DNA of 64,000 nucleotides from Selaginella moellendorffii (lineage: Eukaryota > Plantae > Lycopodiophyta): contig NW_003314281.1 of NCBI RefSeq assembly GCF_000143415.4, positions 856,833-920,832 of the forward strand, in the 5' to 3' direction. How positions within the stretch are numbered: position 1 is the first letter of the stretch; each line of letters opens with the position of its first letter. A program made the translations under genes and the position numbers. The notes below the pieces were generated by a model that ran no database searches, had not been told where the DNA came from, and saw nothing but the letters and a program-made list of their open reading frames with translations. This document shows positions 22,285 to 35,200 of the stretch, in pieces.

Positions 22285-25200
22285 TTCCATTGTGGAGAGT
22301 CAGGACATAGGTCCTCGGAATGTCCCAACAAGCATAAAACAAAGTCTCGTGTTAATGTCATGAGGGAAGACGATGGTGGTGAAGCTAAAGGGGTTGATGA
22401 GTTGGTCAATGCAGACTATGAGGAAGAGGAGGTGAATTACTTTCGTTGCTTTCCTCAAGCTTTTCTCGTAGTCAATGCAAACACTGATCCGTTGATGTAT
22501 CTAATAGGCTTTGTCCACAGACACCGAATCCAAGTGATGCTTGACACAGTGTGATATCCAAAGACTTAGTTATGTTGTTAGGATTGAATGCTGAGCAAAT
22601 GTCACCTATGCACTTCCAGTTTGTGAAAGGTGGGCAAGTAGCCAGAAAATTTGTGAGTGATGTTCCAATAAAAATATCCAAATGGAAAGAAAGAGTGGAC
22701 TTGGTAGTGTTGAAGATACTAGATTCTCATATGATGTTTGGTATGGACTTCTTCAACAAATACATAAAAGGGATTTATGGTGTTGGATAAAGTTGCATCA
22801 CATTGAAGTCAAAAGGACGTCCCGATGTGTCCTTCCAGTTGCAAAAGCTCTCCTCAAAGGATTGGGATGGTAAGTTCCTAATTGCGAAAGTCACCCAAAA
22901 AGCAGCTAAGAAGGGATGTCGGACCTTTTGGGTTCAAGTGATGGAAGTTGAGGGTGTTGGAGACTTGGTTCAAATTGGTGATAGGGTTAATCCCATACCA
23001 AAGAAGATATTGGAGATGTTGGTATAGAATCAGGATGTCTTCCCGAAGCATTTGCCACCAGGGCTACCTCCTAACTGTGAGGTTGATCATCAGATTGAAG
23101 TTATTCTGGGTTCTACATTACCTACAAAGGCTCTATATCATCTGAACATTAAGGAAATGGTTGAACTCAAGAAGCAACTCATGGAACTTCTTGACAAAGG
23201 TCATATCCGACCAAACAAGTCACCTTATGGAGTGCCAGTCCTTTTTGTTATGAAAAAGGATGGAACCATGAGGATGTGTATTGACAATCAGGCACTTAAC
23301 AAAATCACAGTTAAAAATAATTATCCTTTGCCTCACATTAATGACTTGTTTGACCAACTCTTAAAGGCTAAGTATTTTACGTGACTTGATTTGCAGTCTA
23401 GGTATCATTAGATACGGGTGGCAAATCAGGATGTGGAGAAGACAGCCTTTAAGACTCGGTACAAATCTTATGAGTTCCTTGTCATGCCGTTTGGGTTATG
23501 TAATGCTCTGGCAATGTTTAGCACTATGATGGATAGAATATTCGGAGATTATTTGGATGCATTTGTTGTCCTATATCCACAATGTTCTAGTCTTCAGTGA
23601 AACGTTGGAGGATCATTTGAAACACTTGGAGCTGGTGTTTCAGAAGTTGCGCGAACACAAACTATATGCTAAGGAAAGTAAATGTGCTTTTGGACAATTG
23701 TGCATAAACTTTCTTGTATATATAGTTGGTGGTGGCGCAATTGAAGTCGATCCAAAAAAGGTGGAAGCAGTGAAGTCCTGGGAAGTCCCAACCACTGTAT
23801 CAGATGTTCATTCCTTTCTTAGTTTGGTGGGATACTATTGTAAGTTTGTTCGCAATTTTGCAAGAACTGCTCTTTCGTTGACTGAGTTGACGAAAAATAG
23901 TATATCGTTTCATTGGACACCAGCTTGTCAACATGTTTTTGTATGGTTGAAGGAGATCTTGACTATGGTTCCTGTTCTCAAGATCCCATATCTTGATTGT
24001 TAGATATGATATTGAAATCATATATAAACCTGGTAAAGACAATATTGTTCCGGATGCATTGAGTCGTCAAGCTCAATTCTGGGCAATATCAGTAGTTAGT
24101 TCAGATTGGTTGGAGGACATTCGGGCTTCGTATGGAAGTGATCCATTGGCAAAAGCAATCTTGCATTATGCGGAGTTGTTGAAGCAAAACCTTGGTAGCA
24201 AAGCGGCGAAAGTTGCTAGTCGAACCAATGTAAAGCTTCATTTTTCAGTTCGGGATGGGCTTATATTCTATAAGCAAGAAAGATTGTATCTTCCCTCTAA
24301 GGATTTGTAGCAGTTATTTCTGCAGGAACATCATGATGTTTTGGCAGCGGGGCATGGTGGGAAGCAAAAGACTCTAGCTTCATTGAAAAAGGGATTTTTT
24401 TGGTCTGGTATGGAAGGTGATGTAGCGGACTATGTCCATTCCTGCCCTATATGCCAGCAATGTAAGCACAAAACTGATAAGTAGGCTGGAAAGTTGCAGT
24501 GCATTCTAGCACTGGCATGGCCATTTCAAAGTGTGACACTTGATTTCGTCACTTGCTTGCCAAAGTCTAAGGGTTATAATACTTTGATGGTGGTTGTGGA
24601 TCGGTTGTCAAAGATTGCACACTTCATTCTAACTGTGGGAACAGTAAATGCGAAACAAGCAGCAAAGCTCTTTTTCCATGAAGTAATGCGGGTTCGTGGT
24701 CTTCCCGAAGAGATGATCTCGGATAGAAATTTGAGGTTTACGAGGAAGTTTTGGGGCACACTATTCCAGCTGTTTAGTACCAAGTTGAAGTTTAGTACGT
24801 CTTATCATCCTCAAGCTGATGGGCAAATTGAACACATGAATGCTCAAGTTGAGGATTATCTGTGGTACTATGTCGCGGCGGACCAATATGACTGGGTTAA
24901 GCATTTAAACATAGCAGAAATTGGTTATAACAACACATTTCACAGCACTATTGGCTGTCCTCCATAGGAGATGCTACAAGTAAATGCTCATGGAGTCCCT
25001 CAACAGATTGTTGTACCAAAACCAATGTCCGAATTGTTGGTCCTGACCATTGAGACTTATGCAGAGCAGCTATGCCAAGGTTGGTCTAGAGCTACTGAGG
25101 CGATGGGCAAATCTTAGGATAAGTATCAACATGATAAGGATCAACATTATCAGGATGTATCCTATCAAGTGGGAGATTAGGTGTGACTATCCTCCCGGAA

Positions 25201-25380
25201 TCTGAGTGTTAAGAGATTTTTATCTCGAAAACTACTACCAAGATATGTTGGACATTATCGGGTGTTGAGATGAGTTGGTGATGTATCCTATAAGTTGGAT
25301 CTTCCGGATAAGTTCTCTCATGTATATGATATGTTTCATGTCAGTTTACTAGCACTATATCATGCTGCTGAGGAACGACA
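22283..25380 (+). mobile_element. Second, more decayed Ty3/Gypsy element B (gag knuckle, protease, RT, partial RNase H, integrase)
   Basis: (C)FHCGESGHRSSECP knuckle at the junction, VMLDT protease, [44 protein letters not shown]. Many stops and most of RNase H is deleted. Confidence 0.88.
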
Positions 25381-27289
25381 ATTACACATCTTCTCCATCT
25401 AACAATTTACTTCAAGTGCTAATGGATTAGCTAACAAGCTATAACAAATGAATGCTACAACCCTTTTTCAACACTTCAATGGGCAAACTCAAGGAACTAA
25501 GGAACCAACTTAAGCTTAGCATATTATAAATCACTATTGAGAATCCAATCAAAGCTACTATAATATTACTACTTGCAAGTAGACTAACTTCACTATCAAC
25601 CACTTTGGGGTTGATCATCATCTAACCAAGCAACTTCATAAACACATTACTCATTATCACATGGATATGATATAAGTATCACAATGACTTGATCATAAAT
25701 TGAGTAACACCCATGTCATTACTTCAAAAGTTTATGTGTATCAAATGCCAACCTGATTCGACAAAATACAACATAAATGCCACACTCCACCAATAAAGAT
25801 TTATAACACCCAACACCACTAACTTTTGTTCACAACACAAACAAGCTCATGTCACTCCAAACTCAAAATTAATCCAATACCGAGCTACTCAAGGAGCAAT
25901 AGCAAGGTTCCTCAGAAAGAATTGAGCATTGTAACTTAAGTCTTCCAATACCAAGCCTAGACAAAATGGTTTAACACTTCATTGCTATCCATCCCATGAC
26001 TCACCACTTGTAAGACCACCATAACCAACATGCATCAAAGTAGGGACTCTTGATTACATAATGTGAACATAGGCAATGAGTCACACCTCGTTGCAAATCA
26101 TCACTCCAAGAGAAAATGATTTATGTGTTTAATCCTTTATCCCCTATAACTCTCTTTTTGATCTTAACTTTGACTTAACCTCAAATTTGCATTTGCACTG
26201 CCTTCAATCCAATCCAAAAAAAGTTTATGATAGAGCACAGCAATGACTACTTGAACCAATAGACTAATCCCTACAATCTTGGTTGATCCATTTATAATCA
26301 TGCCTAGGAAAGATCTACTAATGCCATGCTAAACAGCTACGGACCAGCCTATTTGCCACTCATAGCAAACCTAAGGAAGGCTTACTTTCACCCATGGTAT
26401 ATGGAACAACTCATGGAACTACTACAACAACTCATAGAACCAACAATAGGCTAATATTAATCTTACCAACTCAAAATGTAACTTTAAGTTGCTAATATGC
26501 CTCTCTCATGAGCCGAAGTGTAAACTCATGCAAACACAACAACTTAATCCCTATTATGAGCCCAAGAGTAAGCTCACATTATTACGATACAAAAAGGTAA
26601 CCAAATCCATAATCAATAAATGATTGCGAAGCCTTTGTGCCCAAACATGTACCCACTCGGATCATCATTTTCATCTCTGCATATGCAACAAGACTAGTTG
26701 CCCAATCTCATTGGATAGTACTCATTAAAACTCATCCTTTGATACTAAATGTAACATACATAGTTTTTACCTTTTATCCTATGGTGATTTACCATAGGAT
26801 AACCATGAAGCAAAACCCAAACCTTCTATATGCACATGTCATATACCACATGTCCAAAGGACAATGATGTGGAACTTACATTTCAGAGTCTTGGGCTACT
26901 GAATGAAAGAACAGTGCCAAACTCCCAAGTATGGAGTCAAGGAGCAATGCCACTAGAGCACAAAACAACTCCCAAGCATACAACCCAAGGAACGAAGGGA
27001 CAAAAGCATAGAGCAACTTAAATCAATCCTAGAGCAATCAGCATCTCAATGCTCAGACCAACACACAAAACGAAGCCAAACAAAGTCTAATATTATTTTG
27101 GCATACTAATGGCCTAACATGAGGATATAAATACTCCACCAGCTAACATAGAATAGAACTTGGGCTTAAACCCAAGTTGGATGCAAAACAAAGACAGACA
27201 TGTAAACAAAAGCTATACTATGCCTCAGGTTAGTCAGCCATACCCAACCTACCTACTATCCCTATTATACATTTGGAACCCCCTATAGC
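25381..27289 (-). mobile_element. Diverged partial copy of LTR element C (internal 5' region, PBS remnant and part of LTR from 26750)
   Basis: Colinear with 36498-38366. PBS-like ctttgatacta before TGTAAC at 26750. Ends at ...ttggaaccccctatagc. Confidence 0.8.
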
Positions 27290-27290
27290 G

Positions 27291-28002
27291 ATGGAAAACG
27301 ATGCTGAAGTTGCAAGGCTTGCTAATTCCTCTCGGGCCAACATGAAAGAGATTCTTCCACTTGAATCGCAACTTATCTCGATTGACAGCCGAGATGGTTT
27401 TCATTGAAACTCAGAAGAGAGAGGCTGGGGATTTGATCGAAGCAATAAGGCATGGCCTTGAAAGCTGTGTGGTAATCGTTGTTTTAGTGATTTCATTCCA
27501 GCTGAATCTCTATCCAACATTTGTGCAGGCGAAGCAAAGAGATACTCAAAGCCTTCTTTTCAGTAAAGAGTTTTGCCTTCGTGACTTGAGGAGTCAGGCT
27601 GAGCAGGCTGCAAGAGGAGCCATGCCAAACATTGGAGAGCTCGAAGGCGATATAATCGTAAGCTACAAGAGAATTCATCCGTCCAAGATATCTAACTTCG
27701 CAAAGTTTCCAGGCTACGGAAGCTGAAGCGCAGAAACTGGAACGGGAGATTGAAGAACTCCGAGCCAAACATGCCGATGCCCAAGCCAGGAAAGAGCTTT
27801 CCTTATCTCGGGCTTGATTCTTTTGAAGGTAGCTTACAAATTCTTTTCCATCTCGTGTGTGAAAAAATGTTTTTTTTTCTTCTCAGATTCAGCTAGACAT
27901 GATGCAGAAGCTCTCGAAAATTCTGTGTCTGAGCTCCGAGCTTTGCAGGACAAAGCAGTAGAAGTTTCTCAAGTAAGAACTGAAAAGATTAATACTTTGT
28001 AA
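27291..28002 (+). pseudogene. Coiled-coil-rich multi-exon gene or gene fragment, unknown function
   Basis: Heptad-like E/K/L/A-rich segments separated by short GT-AG introns. Apparent frameshifts. Confidence 0.35.
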
Positions 28003-29363
28003 CTTGTTGTTTTTTTTCCGTCAAATTTAATCCATACCTGCGAACATCGTACAAACTTCTCGTGCATCTCCACGGCATGTTGCTCCAAACACCGCTTTCT
28101 AATTCGTGCTTCGTTCAGAAAAGTCTCCTTATTCTCAATACCTCCTTTCAGCTCCTTTTCCTCAACGGAAATCTGTAAGAAAGCAAACTAGAAATGAAAG
28201 CAGTGACACAGTGATGATGTGGGTTCGCAATCTTTCTGCTCGTGAAATATTCCATAACCACTATGACTATGTCTCGAATGAGTGTCATCGAGACTACAGT
28301 CAAGATAGTTCGTTTCCAGGTTGGAGATGACTCTGACGAGCTTCTTGCGCAGCTCCAGGAGAGCTAGAATGATCTCGAAGGGAGTGGGGTTGTCTACTCT
28401 CTCGAAGGCAAAGAAAGTCTTGGCTCTTCGCGATTGCTTCCAAGATGAAGTCTTTGAGGCTGTCATAGCTAGCGTGAGGATCACTGCTAATTCTTTCATC
28501 CATGCGGAGGGATTGCTCAGGTCTGAGCTGACACGGAGGCCAATTCAAGCTCAGTCGCAGCGAGCACCAAGGTGCCGGTCAATGCTTGTCTAGCTACAAG
28601 GCAAGCCAAAGACCAGCACTTTGAACAGCACGCGTTTTGGCTCGAGGTAGAGGGCAGTGATCAGGAGCTCGTGGTAGAGGGCGAGGCCGTGGATTTGCAC
28701 TCATGCCATTCCCTTTCAACAATCAAGCAGGTACATCCACTCAACTGGCTACAGGAAAGAAAGGACCGAAAGGAGGGACACCATAGCAAGTGGTTTAAGC
28801 GAATGGGTCAGGGCAAGTAGCAGCAAATGCCAATGTCCAGTGGTGGGTAGCGGCGCGAATCTCCTCATGAGAACATGCACAGCAAAATGGGGGAGCCTGG
28901 TCGAGGTCGCGACCACAAACGTTTTCCTCCTGGACGATCTTGCTAATTACGTATGCCGTCTCTATCGACTGGAGGTTGATGCCCGTAGCTTTTGCATTGG
29001 TCACAGTACATGAGAAAGAATTTGTTTGAAAGAATGCAATGGCTCAAGTACTCGAACATGTTCCACAGAAAGTTCCTAGAGAAGAGAGGAGCCGCAAAGA
29101 CAAGTTTAACAAAGAGAAAACTTCTCAGTCAAGCAGGACTAATTAAATCGTTTAAAACCCAATTTGTAAGCTTTAGGGTTTTGTGTGTTAGGATGCCCAC
29201 CAGAATCCACGTTCAGTTGGGATTCTGCTGCACTAGACGGCTGCAAGAAATCACCTTCCATTAGATCGCCGCTGTGGAGCTCGACGCAATGCCGCCCGAC
29301 GACCCAGCGGCGGCTGGGGCATGGGTTGCTTTTGATCCTGAGGCGACAATCGGTGCCAAGCCG

Positions 29364-31719
29364 ATGATCGATGCCGAGGCAGTGATTGCTGATGTGAAGT
29401 AAGTAATGCATGGCAATATCTCCTAGAATTCCAATTCCAATTTCTCTTCGTATGCGCAGTACCAATGTCGACTGGACGAGACCTTGGGTGCGGAGTGACG
29501 GTAGAGCTCCGTTTGAAGAACGAGAGCTGTTTATCTATCCAAGGCAAGTCTTGTGTGTAAAATTTTGGTTCTTTCCTCCTCAATGGTCTAGAATGTGCGC
29601 AGGGCAAGGGGCACTCTCTTTGCCAGGAAAGGAAGCAGTCGAGTGTGGGCGAGCGTGAGCACTCACACGCAGCTCACCGTTCGAGTTGAGGTCGAGTCTG
29701 ACTGTCGTCTTCCAAAATTTCGACCGGCATATCAACTTGTCAACGACGTGAAAAGCATCATCGAGTTATATTTTTCAAGGCAAGATGTTTTCTCAAAGGG
29801 GCTGCAAATTCACATCCAGATCCATGATTATGAAGGGTATGTGTCTCTTTGGATGCATAATCTTCATCCTCGTGCCTCTGTGGTTTTTGGTTTTTTTTTT
29901 TTTTGGAATTTCAGGAGTGTCATTGATGTTTCTTTACTTGCTGCTATAGCTGCTCTTTTATCCTTGGGAGATCAACGTCTTACTGAGACAGTGAGTCCAC
30001 AACAGTTTTCTAGAGTTGATTTAGATTGAGCATTGATTTTCAGATCATGCATGATGTCCCAGTTGCCATAACTTTCGGATTTTTTACCTACGGAGGGCCA
30101 GTTGTAAGCTGTTTCATTTTTCTTTTCTTTTGTTCTACTTGATTGTGATGTATTTCTATGTTCTACTTACAGGTAGTAGATCCAAGTAGACGCGAAGAAG
30201 CTCTCATAACAGGGTCTTTGACACTGATTGTGACACAAGCCGGAAAACTCCTTTTCCGGAAGAAAGAAGGGGTGGTGAAGTGGAGCGAACTACTTTGGCC
30301 TGTTTTACAGTCCAGGGTTGCAGACGTTTCACTTCTGAAAGAATGGGTATGTTTTTCAGCTTTTTGTTCTTTCTGATGATCAAAGACTATATGTTTTTGT
30401 AGGTTGAGAGGCAGGAAGGTCTCCAGAACTTCTACAAGACCAAGGAGAAGCCTTTTGCAGGGTTCATAGGCGTACAGAAAACCTGGTATGGTTCATTTCA
30501 TCATTTTCAAATGAAACTGAATGGCAGTCTTGGAATCAGGAAATACACGCCCAAGAGATTGACCACACCTCATACCAAAAGGTTGGATTCACTCACTCAA
30601 CACTCAAAGGTTACTCGGCTGATTGGAAATTTGTTTTTTTTCTTTCCAGCCATATCAGCCTGGGTATAGCAGCTCGACAACTTCCTCTTCCACTCCCTTA
30701 TTGGGCGCGTGAGCGCAATGAGTCGGCTGGTGAGCATGTGTCCATTCGAAGGATTGATGCCCTCGCACTCCGTCGTCTCCAGCTGGAACAGCGTAAGTAA
30801 ACTTTGTTTTCGTTTTGTTTCTTAACACATTGGGAACTAATTCTAGGACGAAGGGTGAGAGGTAGTTCTAAACTACTGAAAATTACAATATGCTTTTCCA
30901 ATGGGAGAACTCCAGCTGGTGGACAAACGAGCCTGGGTTTTGAGTTTGCCCACCTGCAGGTGAGTCATGGTATTAGTTATGGATAGATTATTTCTGATGT
31001 TTTGATCATAGGGTGCTTTCATTGAGAGAGATTACGTGGGGGACGCGTTAGTGACATCAAGGTCACTTGTAGGGGACCTAGTCTGTTCATGGGCACCCCT
31101 TCGGCCAAAAACAGAACACCCCTGGGATTTCTTACGACGTTTTGAGACAACAATGAGAGAACACTATCCGAAAGAAAGCATTTTTCAGAGCTTAACCGAC
31201 GCAAAACATTGGTTGAAAAAAGAGGAGGAGTCTATGAAGGTAAACATCGATACATTCAGGCTATTCTATTCTGTACTCCTTTCTTTTTTCTTTTTTGGTT
31301 AACAGAAGGTACTTGAGAAAAGCAAGCGGACTTCAAAGCCAGGAGATGACTTGCCTTTTGAGCTGTGCACACGGGATGTAACAGTTATTGGCTGTTACAT
31401 CCCTTTTGTCATGGAGGAGCCAAAAGGATATGATCCCCCAGGAGAATGGGGAACTGAGGAGGAGGTTTGGTTTCTTTGTTTGTAACATAAAGCTAACACG
31501 TGAACTTTGCAGGAAGATAAGAGGGAGAAGGAACTACTAGCTTTGATGTTTTATCCAAAGCTAAAAGATGAAATTTTGACGACGATGCTGGAGCCTGGTT
31601 TGAAGTTGTTTGAAGTTCACTTTGGCCAGAAGATTGGGAACGGCTGGACTTGTTTCTACAAGAGGCGAGACACCCTGAACTGGGAGAAGAAGAAACACAA
31701 TGTTTGCAGTGAATCATGA
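29364..31719 (+). CDS. Divergent RNase PH-domain (exosome RRP45/RRP42-like) protein with an unrelated-looking C-terminal extension; multi-exon
   Basis: RSDGRAPFEER, IHDYEG/SVIDVSLLAAIAALL, HDVPVAITFGFF and VVDPSRREE..GSLTLIV..GKL match RRP45-type RNase PH motifs. Short GT-AG introns. Continuity of the 3' exons is uncertain. Confidence 0.6.
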
Positions 31720-31989
31720 TAAAAGCTAAACTACTTTTTATTTCTCTCTCGTTTTTATAAGAACCCTTAGTAGATATGTTAATATGATATTTATTAAAGA
31801 AGAAATCTTCTCGCTCAAAAAAAGTTAAATGGAGAGATTTCTCTGCTCTATTAGTAATGCATTCTTTCCTCTTCGTCATCTTAGTCATTATCATCCCAGA
31901 ATGCTAATTGCGCACAAAGTGGCTCTCTATTTGCACCACTAACTGTGAGGGGGAGTTCCACATCAGCGAGAAGGAAAAGAAGGAAAAAG

Positions 31990-32270
31990 AGGCAAACATG
32001 GGATTCCAAGAGACAATATCGGGAGCAAGAAGACCATCAAACACTGGTATTACTTTGGCCAATCGGCACAATGCATTCCAGGCTAAGGGGGCTCTCTGCC
32101 CGCTCAAGATTGCCATGGCTAGCATGTGCAACCAGCAAGATTGTCCAGGAGAAGACCATGAGGTAAGTGCTGCCCAGCACTGGAGCATGGAGTTCCTGGA
32201 AATCCGTATTGAGGGCCACCAGTACCAGAACTTGGTTGTGAAAGAGATTGCCATGGTTATGCATTGGAGA
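31990..32270 (-). pseudogene. Pentatricopeptide repeat (PPR) gene fragment
   Basis: Recurring PPR-type starts ISRNSML, LAWNAL and DIVSWNPM, with frame breaks. Confidence 0.45.
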
Positions 32271-32294
32271 GCTTCTACTATCTCGGCGGCTATG

Positions 32295-35200
32295 CCCCCC
32301 CCCCCCCCCCCCCTCTGAGGAACACACGCTTTGGGCTTTCACCCCAAGCCTCCCTTAATATCAAGAGTTAGTCTCTGGGACAAGCTCGAAACTTACTAAA
32401 TATGGAATGTCCTTAGATTGTGAATTTGGACACAGGACGAACACCATTGTGTTCAGGCCGATCTCTACATTCTATAGATATGCCAAATAAGCAAATCTGG
32501 ACACTTTCCATAAATAGCGTTTGGGACCGAAATGAGACCAACACAAAGGGCATGATAGCGAGGGTGTTTGGCAGACATGGTAAGCTATCATCCAGCGATA
32601 TTGAGAGACTAATCTTAATACGCGAGGGTTCTTGTCAAGCCAGTGCAAGACAGAGCAAAAGAAAACTAAAAGCCAGGTCGAGTATGCTCAGCTAGAAACA
32701 CATAGGAGTTCCTACCTTATGTCCATCTGGCTAAGTACAGGTGCTAAGCTCAGTAAACTAACACTTGAACAAGAGGGGCTAATAAAGGGAACCAGCAATA
32801 CCGACCTCCTGCCATTGCAGCAGTAAGGTAAGAGTGTCCATAAGGACTAGCTGACAGGTAACTTTCAATACCCGAAGTCACATTCGCGACACTCTCCCCC
32901 CCTTGGGAAGATCGACGTCCTCGTCGATGCAAACTTGAGTCTAGAATACCGCCAAGGAAACAACTCCAGAAAAAGTTCACAGTACTCACACTATGTGAGA
33001 AATGCACCAACTTAAATAAGTTAGGGGGCAACCTCTTTGTTTAACGCGGATGCACTACCAACTCAGACACCTTCCGGCCGTCACCGACAAAGAAATGACT
33101 AACGGAGTCAGCCACCCTTGCTACTCTGGGTGTCACCCAGCTACAAAAGTGTGATATGCCCCTGCCTGCAAGGACATAGAGAGAGGAGCCAGAGGCCCCA
33201 ACCCTCCTAAGCAAAGAAACCAAACCTGTCGGTAAGGTTTAGATAGACTACTGTAAACAGGCAGTTAGAGTTGTTTACACGGTCACGCCCTTTGAACGGA
33301 ATAAGGAACATTGACAGAGAAGCGGGTTATGTGACCAGTCGACAGTAGCTACCCCATGACTAGAGATTTCAACATGCACATGAAGTGCCGAAGCCAATCT
33401 GCCTATACTGGCCCAAACTCAAAGATCAATAGATGGACAATATCAAAGTCATAGACAATGATATCTTAGAGTCTTAATTATCAGTGAATATATCTTAGAT
33501 TAGAACACAAAAGTATTCCAAGGAAGTTATCATCCGATAAACCAGTATTATAGTACAGGAACCACCAAAATCAACATAATTGGTAAATACAAGATTCACT
33601 ATCCAACAAAATTCAATAGCCAATTGATCATCAAAGAAACTCAATGATAAAACTTAACTACCGAAAATGGCAGATAGTATGCCAACCACTCACAAAACAC
33701 AACTCAAAGAACACAAAGTATCATTGACTAACAAGCACAATGCTCGCGAATATATCACCCGAAGGAAATAACATCTTAATCTATGAAAACTAACTCGAGT
33801 AATAATCAAGAGAACAAAATGAATGCTGCAAAGCAAACAAACACTTGCTCATATCAACCATTGCACTAGCCAATTTGAATAGATCCCGGTCAATAATACC
33901 AAGGAACCAAAGTTGCTTAAGCAAGTGTCAGCAACATACTACTGATGTCTCAGACCCAAGAGACCAATTCAAAGCAAACCACAAAAAACATGTGGTATTG
34001 CAAAAAGCCAGAAGCTATCAAAGAGAACAACTATCATGAAAGATCAACAATTATCCTATCAATAAAGAGATGCAAAATCATTGTTTAAGAAGGAATCCAC
34101 CATTCTGAAGAATAGTAAATTATTCTAGATCAACGATAATCAAGCAAAACCTTCGACAAGGATAATCAATTATCCTAGATGATAGTCAATCATCATCAAT
34201 GATTGCTAGATGGAAATACTAACTTCAACATCAAAGCTAAGAGCCAAAATGCCTTCCCCAAACAACTTTTAACAAATGGAACAATGAGCACAAAACTCAA
34301 GGAACCAAAAGCTCGAAGAAGCCTATAACTAAGTCTTGCCTAACAATGATCACAAGGTTCGCATAAACTAACTTCAATGCTAAAGAGAAATCATGGTACA
34401 ACCCACAATATCCCCTTCAACACATCCATAAGTTAAACTTCATAATGCCAAAGCTAATGAAGAGCATATCTGCATCAATCCAAAAGCCAAGCACAATGAA
34501 GTTATACTCAACAAGTGATCACTAAACGATCCTCCATGAATCCATTTATAGCAAGATGTAACTCATATCATAACAAGCGCAAAAAGAATCATCAAATGAT
34601 CGATATATCCCAACTGAAATCCAACAAAGATTCAATCACTTAATACCAATCACTAACTCTTCTTCTCATAGAAGTAGCATTGTCCATGACTAAATCACTT
34701 TTCAAGGAAAAGCTAAAGCTCAACCTCAACTAAGCAATCTCGTTTAGAACACAACTAACTCAAACTTGCCACTCAATTCGTTTGAACATCAACATAGTTG
34801 CTAACTAGCAATGCACGAAATGCCAATAGCACAAAGCTATAGCCAAATCATCAACACTATCTTCATCGAGACTAATGAAACTCAATATCAATCTTATAGA
34901 AAGACATCTCATCTCATTCGAATCTCAACATCAACAATGTCAATGACAAAGCATCACTTCAATGCCATCAACACTATAACAAAGCTAGAAGAAAGCAAGA
35001 GTGAATCACCACTCAAAACTCCCTAGCAACTAAGCTAACCAAAGTCGAAGATACTATACTTAGTATCCAAGACCAATCCTTCAGCAAAACTCAGTTACAG
35101 ATAACACATCATCAAGGAGTGAATCACCACATCCAAGACTCAATGAAATCCAACACTATAGACCAAACGTAACTAAATGATATCAACAGAGGTAGAGTCA

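Noticed and set aside
28100-29100. Short minus-strand ORFs that look coding
   Set aside because: No recognisable motif and no consistent exon chain could be built by eye.
27290-32294. Helitron or Pack-MULE explanation for the gene block splitting the LTR
   Set aside because: No TC...CTRR termini, TIRs or TSD found at the junctions.
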